Source of the DNA: Nemertoderma westbladi
Taxonomy: Eukaryota > Animalia > Xenacoelomorpha
DNA length: 38,543 bases
Assembly: GCA_032718475.1 (NCBI GenBank)
Contig: JAUCBJ010001014.1
Location: forward strand, 1 to 38,543
Direction: 5' to 3'
Part shown: positions 29,001 through 36,925 of the stretch, one piece after another
How the letters are laid out: the number at the start of each line of letters is the position of its first letter
Numbering within the stretch: the first letter of the stretch is position 1
Notes under the pieces: generated by a model
Databases searched by the model: none
Seen by the model: only the letters and a program-made list of their open reading frames with translations
What the model was told of the DNA's origin: nothing
Translations under genes and position numbers: made by a program

Positions 29001-32000
29001 ACATCGGTGAGTGAGTGAGTATACGGTCAAACACATAAACAGTTGTTCGTTAACCAACATCCTTAGATACATCGGTGAGTGAGTGAGTACGGTCAAACTC
29101 ATAAACAGTTGTTCGTTAACCAACATCCGTATATAGAGACATCGGTGAGTGAGTGAGTATACGGTCAAACACATAAACAGTTGTTCGTTAACCAACATCC
29201 TTATAGAGACATCGGTGAGTGAGTGAGTACGGTCAAACACATAAACAGTTGTACGTTAACCAACATCCTTAGAGACATCGGTGAGTGAGTGAGTACGGTC
29301 AAACTCATAAACAGTTGTTCGTTAACCAACATCCTGAGAGACAGGTGAGTGAGTGAGTATACGGTCAAACACATAAACAGTTGTTCGTTAACCAACATCC
29401 TTAGAGACATCGGTGAGTGAGTGAGTACGGTCAAACACATAAACAGTTGTTCGTTAACCAACATCCTTAGAGACATCGGTGAGTGAGTGAGTATACGGTC
29501 AAACACATAAACAGTTGTTCGTTAACCAACATCCTTTATAGAGACATCGGTGAGTGAGAGAGTACGTTCAAACACATAAACAGTTGTTCGTTAACCAACA
29601 TCCTTAGATACATCGGTGAGTGAGTGAGTACGGTCATACACATAAACAGTTGTTCGTTAACCAACATCCTTAGAGACATCGGTGAGTGAGTGAGTACGGT
29701 CAAACACATAAACAGTTGTTCGTTAACCAACATCCTTATAGAGACATCGGTGAGTGAGTGAGTACGGTCAAACACATAAACAGTTGTTCGTTAACCAACA
29801 TCCTTATAGAGACATCGGTGAGTGAGTGAGTACGGCCAAACACATAAACAGTTGTTCGTTAACCAACATCCTTAGAGACATCGGTGAGTGAGTGAGTACG
29901 GTCAAACACATAAACAGTTGTTCGTTAACCAACATCCTTAGAGACATCGGTGAGTGAGTGAGTACGGTCAAACACATAAACAGTTGTTCGTTAACCAACA
30001 TCCTTATAGAGACATCGGTGAGTGAGTGAGTACGGTCAAACACCTAAACAGTTGTTCGTTAACCAACATCCTTAGAGACATCGGTGAGTGAGTGAGTACG
30101 GTCAAACACATAAGCAGTTGTTCGTTAACCAACATCCTTAGAGACATCGGTGAGTGAGTGAGTACGGTCAAACACCTAAACAGTTGTTCGTTAACCAACA
30201 TCCCAAGAGACAGGTGAGTGAGTGAGTACGGTCAAACACCTAAACAGTTGTTCGTTAACCAACATCCCAAGAGACAGGTGAGTGAGTGAGTACGGTCAAA
30301 CCCATAAACAGTTGTTCGTTAACCAACATCCCAAGAGACAGGTGAGTGAGTGAGTACGGTCAAACACATAAACAGTTGTTCGTTAACCAACATCCCAAGA
30401 GTCAGGCGAGTGAGTGAGTACGGTCAAACACATAAACAGTTGTTCGTTAACCAACATCCTTAGAGACAGGTGAGTGAGTGAGTACGGTCAAACACATAAA
30501 CAGTTGTTCGTTAACCAACATCCCAAGAGACAGGTGAGTGAGTGAGTACGGTCAAACACATAAACAGTTGTTCGTTAACCAACATCCCAAGAGTCAGGCG
30601 AGTGAGTGAGTACGGTCAAACACATAAACAGTTGTTCGTTAACCAACATCCCAAGAGACAGGTGAGTGAATATAAAATAACTTAACTAAACGACGTTCAA
30701 ATCTAGAAGATTAATTAGCGGTAGGGTCTTAGTCAATTACATTTTCTTCAATTCAATTACATATCATGCCAATTCAATTAAATTCGATATTACATCTGTA
30801 ATTCGTGATCAAAAATAATAATTACCGCGGTAATAATTTGCCTATCTAACCGCTATTTATTTCATTTATTGTTAGGTACAGCAAAAGATTGACGAATTGT
30901 CGAGCCACGGGAAATCCTCATGTAACATTAAACCTTTGTGGGACGTGTTCGGATTGAATTGGGGCCAATACGTTGGTAGGTTTGTTGCTTTATGCCAATA
31001 TGTCGGTAGGTTTGTCGATATGACAATATATCGGTAAGTTTGTTGCTATGACAATATATCGGCAAGTTTGTTGCTACGCCAATATATCGGTAAGATTATT
31101 GATATGCCTATATAGCGGCAGGTTTGTTGCTATGCCAACGGCAAATTTATTATCTTTAAATTCATTTAGGTTCTCCTGGAATGCCTGACCCTCAGGTTGT
31201 TTGGCACACGTTGTGCAAAAAAACAATTGCCCGCTTGGTTGCCTTGGAAACTGGGGAAATGGTAGGGCTCTCAGACAGTGTACATCTACTAGTCGCATAC
31301 AGTTACAGTAACGGTGAGTTCCATACATACAATTCGATGGTGTTTTATTTTTATCATAACCACTCAACACTCAAAAACCTAATTGTTCAGGGGAGCATTT
31401 TTCTACAAGTCCCCTATGGTACCTAAGAGATAATTTTTGGTTTCATAAGGTAAAACACCACAATTAGGATTTGTAGTGACATTTAACCAATTTATCGATG
31501 TTTTCTTAGGATTTGAGTGGTTATGCAAAATGTTTTCACTTAAATTGTGATTTTTCATAACGACATATCTATTAATATGTTAGGCATACGAACAAAACAA
31601 TCAGTGAAATCTGTCCGAGACAGTCTTTTCATGAACTGCTAACTATCTTTCCTCCTATCCATCACCTTCGGCTCCATAAAACCTGGACTTCATGACCAAT
31701 TCAGTGCATTGTTTGAACAAACACAATTACCGGTATTCAATTAAATGTCAATTAAAAATGTAAAATATTTATTTAATCTGAAATCTGAAAAATTAGTCAT
31801 GTAAAGAAGTACTTATAGTAGTTACAATTCGAATTTCCCGCCCATTGATAGTATATTGAGTCTGTAAGGGACGAATTTTAATCACCATCTCCTTATCTGT
31901 AATGATGGGCTATGGGTTTAAGTGGTTATGAAAAAAAAGCCGTTTCCCTTGACTTAATGTAAAATTGGCATTTGAGTGGTTATGCAATTTTCTGAAATGC

Positions 32001-34228
32001 GCTGTAACTCAAGCACACGCAACAACTAGGCTCTAATACTTTAATAGAAGATTCGTAGAAGTCTAAATATGCCAAAAAACACCAAAACTCTATTTTGAAA
32101 AAAATGACATTTGAGTCGTTATGATAAAACACCATCGAATTAATCTCAGAGGACAGCCCATAACTCTCTTGCGGCGGCTCATAAACAATTAAGCATGTTG
32201 ACAAGCTTAATATGTACTGTTAGCCTGTTAGGTATATTTATATAATGCCGCCGCAATTCAGTATGCCGTTTATAATATCCTTCATATCTTTTTATGTTTT
32301 TCAATTTAAGAGTTGTTGATATAAGGTGTAATGCAGACAGGAATGGAGTTGTGGATAACATTGAAGGAGGGGTAAACTCAGCAGTGTGCGAGATTGAAAG
32401 CCAAAATGGGCGTCAAAAATAGTCATGAAAAATGAATTATGCTGTCCAGTCCCCCTCCGAATACTAACATAAACACATCGGTTGTCAACACAACACAGTA
32501 TAAAATGTAATGAATGCTCTATATTAGGCCTACATACTGTATACTGGTCGCGAACATACAGTAAGCATTCTGCTATAGATCCAATAGATCACATTTTATT
32601 GTGTTTCATAGTGCCTTGAAATACGCCCAGAGAGGCGTTGTATAAATTATTATTATTATTTTGATTCCACCATGACCTATTATTATTATATTATAGTAGG
32701 TCATTGTTCCACGCAACCGCTCGCGGGCACTAAAGTCTCAGTCTAATATGTAATGCCACTAAACTAACGTCCCAAGACCCCTTGTAGTCAGTCAATAACG
32801 CGCACTATATTTAACTATTGTACTGATGAAGCTTTGTTTATATTCCATATATTTCAGACCCTTCACTATATAACCTGAGAGTGAATCTGTCGTGGTCTGG
32901 TATTCTGACTTGGGATTACCCGGATCTTACTGTACGACTGAAGAGTAATATAGACCATCCTACTATTAACTTGATGGTTGAGGATCTCTATGATAAGGTA
33001 ACTAAATATATTGGAATATATAAACCTTCATTATTTCAAGTGTCGAGGGCCGAGTTGTCTAGAAATAGTATCAAAAATTAGAATTCGAAACAAAAGTAAA
33101 GGGCAATCAAATTAAATTAACAATATTATTTAATTACTGGGATATATAATAAACTAATAATCAAATTATTATTAAATTATTTCCTCCTAGATCACGTGCT
33201 GCGCGACGCCTTCGAGTTTTCGCCATATTTTCTTCGGTCACGCCTCTGGCGGCGTCACCGTGTATCGCTTACGACGCGCCCCCCATAGGATCACTGGGAT
33301 ATCGTTGCAAAAGTCTCCGATTAGTCTGCGAGGTCATCAGGGAGCAATCACGTGCATGGCTGTCTCCGACGCTTACAGTATCCTAGCAACGGGCAGCGAC
33401 GACGGAAGTTGCATTGTGTGGGACATCAACCGGTTAGTTATCTTAAGGGAGAGTCAGTGGGTGACTCTCCTGACAAAGTTTTATTTTTGAAACTATTGCA
33501 GTTCTATTAGCTGCACGATTATCTATATTGTAAACTTTAGGTTTATATACGTGCGTTCGCTGATGCTAACTAGAGTTGTCCGTCTGCCGGTAACGAGTCT
33601 TGCCATCTCACCGACACTAGGGGATATCGCTGTCTGTCACAGCGGCACCAAACTAGTCACATGGACACCCAATGGACGACTAGTTGGCATGGCAACCTTA
33701 GACGAATCCAAGGCGACTATTACTTCTCTTTGTTTCTCAAATGGGCCCGAGGGGGTGTCTGTGAACTGTATTATAGCCGGAACTAGTCTGGGCTTCCTTA
33801 GGTTAGTACCCCTCCCTCGTTTATATTTATCGTCTGGACATATGACTCATTTTTGGTACGTATTTGTTGCGATTATTTCCCTTTCTGGGGGAACACTTTA
33901 TCGCAATCATCACTATTGTGTCTATAAATAGGTGGAAGTATTATAGTTTAGAATTTGTTTTATTATTTTTAATTATGGTTCTAATGACTGTCCCATTATT
34001 TCCATTTTTCGATTGTTTATTTTTTTTATTAGATTTTGGAGTGTTTGGGACCTGATGTATGTGAGGGATATAGACACCGGTACAGAGTCGCCAATCACCG
34101 GTCTGGCCTTCACTTCCGATAGTAGGCGTCTGTATGTCGCAGGGAGTACCGGTTACGTAGCTGTGTACTCCTGGGACGAGTTGAAAGGAGGGGAAGCTAA
34201 TCAATTCCAGCATTTCCTTAAAGATTAA
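1215..34228 (+). CDS. LYST: 3' part of a spliced LYST/CHS1-like BEACH-domain gene (PH-BEACH-WD40); join(1215..2065,2364..2507,3297..3445,3590..3807,4145..4270,30876..30975,31170..31313,32858..32997,33191..33432,33541..33801,34033..34228); 5' exons lie outside the window
   Basis: Manual splicing gives 2571 nt (857 codons including TAA), all introns GT-AG, phases consistent. Motifs: [29 protein letters not shown] (PH), [97 protein letters not shown]40 repeats. As I recall the family, FDFGVRQNG, WGxYVGSP and [11 protein letters not shown] fit LYST better than NBEA/LRBA/WDFY3. Confidence 0.9.
2053..2306 (+). repeat. Degenerate ~20-bp repeats of the exon A/donor junction (AAGCTTACTTCCG|GTTAG)
   Basis: Copies or partial copies at about 2053, 2077, 2099, 2117, 2138, 2162, 2188, 2278 and 2294, e.g. 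aagcttacttccgtttag and aagcttacttccccggctag. Confidence 0.8.
2364..2507 (+). CDS. LYST: LYST-like exon B (BEACH)
   Basis: ttttAG| then [47 protein letters not shown]; donor GTAAGT at 2508. Confidence 0.9.
3297..3445 (+). CDS. LYST: LYST-like exon C (BEACH)
   Basis: ctttAG| then [49 protein letters not shown]; donor GTTTGT at 3446. Confidence 0.9.
3590..3807 (+). CDS. LYST: LYST-like exon D (BEACH)
   Basis: ttctAG| then [72 protein letters not shown]; donor GTATGT at 3808. Confidence 0.92.
4145..4270 (+). CDS. LYST: LYST-like exon E (end of BEACH); its 3' half is the first unit of the giant array
   Basis: gtcgcAG| then [42 protein letters not shown]; donor GTGAGT at 4271. Confidence 0.9.
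4219..30669 (+). repeat. 26.4-kb intronic tandem array, about 400 units of 64-70 bp, consensus GTACGGTCAAACACATAAACAGTTGTTCGTTAACCAACATCCTTAGAGACA(TC)GGTGAGTGAGTGA
   Basis: Directly visible. The first unit is the coding end of exon E plus its donor. The last unit ends CAG|GTGAGTGAAT at about 30662 and runs into unique intron sequence. Copy number is estimated as length divided by ~66. Confidence 0.98.
30876..30975 (+). CDS. LYST: LYST-like exon F (BEACH-WD40 linker)
   Basis: CTAAC branch-like motif at 30846-30850, gttAG acceptor; [33 protein letters not shown]; donor GTAGGT at 30976; phase 0 start matches exon E. Confidence 0.82.
30964..31146 (+). repeat. Degenerate ~28-30 bp tandem repeat (about 6.5 copies) of the exon F/donor junction
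   Basis: gccaatacgttg|gtaggtttgttgctttat, gccaatatgtcggtaggtttgtcgatat, gacaatatatcggtaagtttgttgctat, and further copies. Confidence 0.88.
31170..31313 (+). CDS. LYST: LYST-like exon G
   Basis: catttAG| then (G)[47 protein letters not shown]; donor GTGAGT at 31314. Confidence 0.82.
31331..32141. mobile_element. Non-autonomous TIR DNA transposon (MITE-like, about 810 bp) in the G-H intron
   Basis: Left end AATTCGATGGTGTTTTA(ttttta)TCATAACCACTCAA; the right end TTGAGTCGTTATGATAAAACACCATCGAATT is its reverse complement. Internal AGTGGTTATG motif copies at about 31516, 31921 and 31975. No transposase ORF. Confidence 0.78.
32671..32706. mobile_element. 36-bp palindromic micro-insertion flanked by a TTCCAC direct repeat
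   Basis: ttccac-CATGACCTATTATTATTATATTATAGTAGGTCATTG-ttccac; ATGACCTA/TAGGTCAT inverted arms. Confidence 0.55.
32858..32997 (+). CDS. LYST: LYST-like exon H
   Basis: tttcAG| then (D)[46 protein letters not shown]; donor GTAACT at 32998. Confidence 0.82.
33191..33432 (+). CDS. LYST: LYST-like exon I (WD40)
   Basis: cctcctAG| then [25 protein letters not shown]...[35 protein letters not shown]; donor GTTAGT at 33433. Confidence 0.88.
33541..33801 (+). CDS. LYST: LYST-like exon J (WD40)
   Basis: ctttAG| then FIYVRSL...[17 protein letters not shown]...[27 protein letters not shown]; donor GTTAGT at 33802. Confidence 0.87.
34033..34228 (+). CDS. LYST: LYST-like terminal coding exon K (last WD40 repeat, stop TAA)
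   Basis: tttattAG| then [47 protein letters not shown]...FLKD*. Confidence 0.87.
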
Positions 34229-34997
34229 AAGCGATTGGACGAGAATTTAGCTAATGACATTCAAGACCTTGAATTAGTCGAATTTATAAGAATTTCTAGC
34301 TGGTAGAAGTAGACTATACCGGGGTTTTAGTGAGTTCGGGTGGTTATCCTAACTGGTTACCGCAGCTGGGAGGCCCTGTATTCAATCAGGAGCGAGCCAG
34401 TTGTTATGGTAAGCCATCAATATGGGAACCTGGTTTCCGCTGGATGAGTGAAGTAAAGAGTTGAATAATTCCCGGGAAATTAAAGTGGCGCTCTACGGGT
34501 AACAGCCAAGAGAGAACAGCCTTTGGTTTGTATATTCACCGATAACTTAACTTTTTTTAACGAACCATGCGTTTCAACCTGGTGTATGTGCCATATTAAT
34601 AGATCTGCTGCATTATACGGTAAGGTAGACCCGGTATAATCTGCTACAACTGTCACGGTTTTCATTCGTACTGTAGAAATTGACAATCTTTATTTATTTT
34701 GCAAATAGGTTTAATATTTTATAATTATTTATATATTTCGAATATATTACGCGAATATTTTTACTAATGAATCCTTAATTGATGGTGCCGATTTTTGTGT
34801 AATAATTTAGTAGATTTCTCTCGATAGGATTTACATACATTGGAGGCTACAGTTTAAGCCCAAACTACAGTACCTGTATCAAGAAATGCCTTCAGATTTC
34901 TAATTATTATTTTATTATTATGTTGCATTCTAAATATATTTTTTATTTATTAATTTATATGAATAACGTTAGTTTATGATTTTATGAGATTTTCTGT

Positions 34998-35003
34998 AAT
35001 AAA
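34998..35003 (+). terminator. Candidate polyadenylation signal AATAAA for the LYST-like gene
   Basis: The first AATAAA I found after the stop codon (about 770 nt downstream), at the end of an AT-rich stretch. Confidence 0.4.
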
Positions 35004-35152
35004 ATATTGTTTTCGCGAAGTAGGGCCTAATGAGTAATTAATACATGAATAATAATTGTAATTAATATTATACAATTTTTTGCCTGGAGATATTCCCACA
35101 TATATTTTTGTCGTCTGGAGATATTCCCACATATCTTATTGTCTTTATACAA

Positions 35153-35182
<30 letters not shown>
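35153..35182. repeat. Poly-G tract (30 G)
   Basis: Directly visible homopolymer. Confidence 0.9.
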
Positions 35183-35183
<1 letters not shown>

Positions 35184-35539
35184 AATGTAGGTAAACAATC
35201 ATTTTCATTTATTTGCCCCGGCGGCATTAATCGATAAAATGGTCGAACAACAGCAGCATAAGTATATTCTGAGGAAATTTCCGATTTTAACATCATAAAG
35301 CTCGGCGTTTCTCATGGTGTTGGTTGTTTCCAGCTGATATTTAGTGCCTTCCTTAGTAGTTTCGTGTAACAATCATTAATTCGTTGTTCAAGTGATTTCG
35401 TTAGTGTCAATCTTCAATGGACGCAAATTCTAAGTTTCTAAGTTAATAGTTTCATCAGCTCTCGTTATAGCTCTAGACATGTTACGATTATCATCTTGAG
35501 CTGTACAGTAATACACACCGGCTTATCATCAACAAAGTT

Positions 35540-36925
35540 GCACCACCACACCACCCTATCCCCTATGACTTTAGCGAGATTACCCGCATCTTCAAGGTCA
35601 GTGTCCTTTTAGATGCGTCTCAAGAAAGTCATGGGCTGTCCACCATGCTTATTCACTCCATGAGGCTGCCAAAGTACAAGATTATGCACTGGCTGGTCCT
35701 CACGTCGAAAGCAATGTCCTGCAAAGCGGAGGAGGCTTTGTTCTAGTGTCAAGCTTGGGGGAACCAATGAGACACCTCCAATGTTATATTGTGTCTGGTT
35801 GGGGATGTGTGGATTGTACTTGACACAATGAACCCGGCGTAGCATTCTTGTGAATGTGCCATCCAGAGATTTGGTGTCCTCAGCAGTTAGAGTCCATCAT
35901 GAACTCCCATAGAGGAGTACTGGAACTACTGCTGCTTTAAATAATCGGAGCTTAAGTTTCCGATGAATTCTGTGTGACTTCCAAATCCTGGAAACGCCAT
36001 TCAATGCTGCCCATGCCTTTCCCTTACGTATTCGAAGGTCCTCACCTGACTTCCGGATCCATGATCCCAGGTAACAGAAATGATCAGATCAGGGATTTTG
36101 GAGCCAGTAGGTGGAGTTACCATCACCCCATCGTCATTAAAATGATCTAAGAAGAACATAGTCAACCACAATTGTGAACAAGAATGGTGCAAATGTGTCT
36201 CCCTGGAGGACGCCCCATAACACTTCAAATGGTTCTGTGTCACCGTCAACAGTAGACACAAATGTTATCGAACCATCGTATACCGATCTGATTGCTGCAA
36301 TAATTTCATCAGGAATCCCATATAATGAAAGTATGCTAAACATACATGAGCGAGAGACTGAATCAAAGGCCCTGAAGAAGTCAACAAAGATAACAGCCAG
36401 ATGCCTGTCTTTCTTTTTGAGAACTCTTCAATTATCCTTCTGAGAGCCAAAATGGGCTCCATGGTCCCACGACCTTTACGGAACCCATTCTGATTTCCAC
36501 GTAGCAGTCTCTCAATTGGATCCCTGATGCGATTTAATATAATTCTATTGTAAAGCTTTGCTGCAATCGAAATCAATGAGATTCCCCGAAAAGAACCATA
36601 GAGTGATAGGTTGCCCTTCTTGGGAACTGGCACCAACTTATTTGTTTTCATTTCTTGTGGGACTCTTGTTGTTCGGTACATGTCTACTATGATGGAATAG
36701 ATGAGCTTTAAACACTCAGGTATTTTAAAGACCTCAGGGGGGATACAATCTATCCATTGGCAGGATTGGCCTTAATGATCTTTGCAGCAGCCTTCACTTC
36801 TGCAAAGGAGATATCGCCAATGGGAATATCTGGGAGTACAGACTCAAGACACTTTTACTTCTATAAAGTTATCAGGCAATACCCTGTCATTATTGAGGAG
36901 CTTTTCAAACATTGACGCGATCGGC
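35540..36925 (-). mobile_element. Degenerate 5'-truncated non-LTR retrotransposon (RTE-like LINE) reverse transcriptase fragment
   Basis: Minus-strand frameshifted pieces: LVPVPKKGNL..FRGISLISIAAKLYNRII..NQNGFRKGR; IFVDFFRAFDSV; GVLQGDTFAPFLF; DHFCYLGSWI; LKLRLFKAAVVPVLLYG; LLRFAGHCFR. No endonuclease region seen. Boundaries are approximate. Confidence 0.9.

Noticed and set aside
4376-30201. Dozens of minus-strand ORFs of the [18 protein letters not shown] type
   Set aside because: They are antisense translations of the tandem array. Frames break wherever unit length changes.
4219-30669. CRISPR-like array
   Set aside because: There are no unique spacers, the units are contiguous near-identical copies, the context is a eukaryotic intron, and no cas genes are present.
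4271-30669. Dscam-like array of full alternative exons
   Set aside because: Units copy only the 3' half of exon E without its acceptor or pyrimidine tract, and most carry an in-frame TAG.
35027-35296. Minus-strand ORF with polyproline
   Set aside because: The polyproline is just the poly-G tract read as CCC codons.
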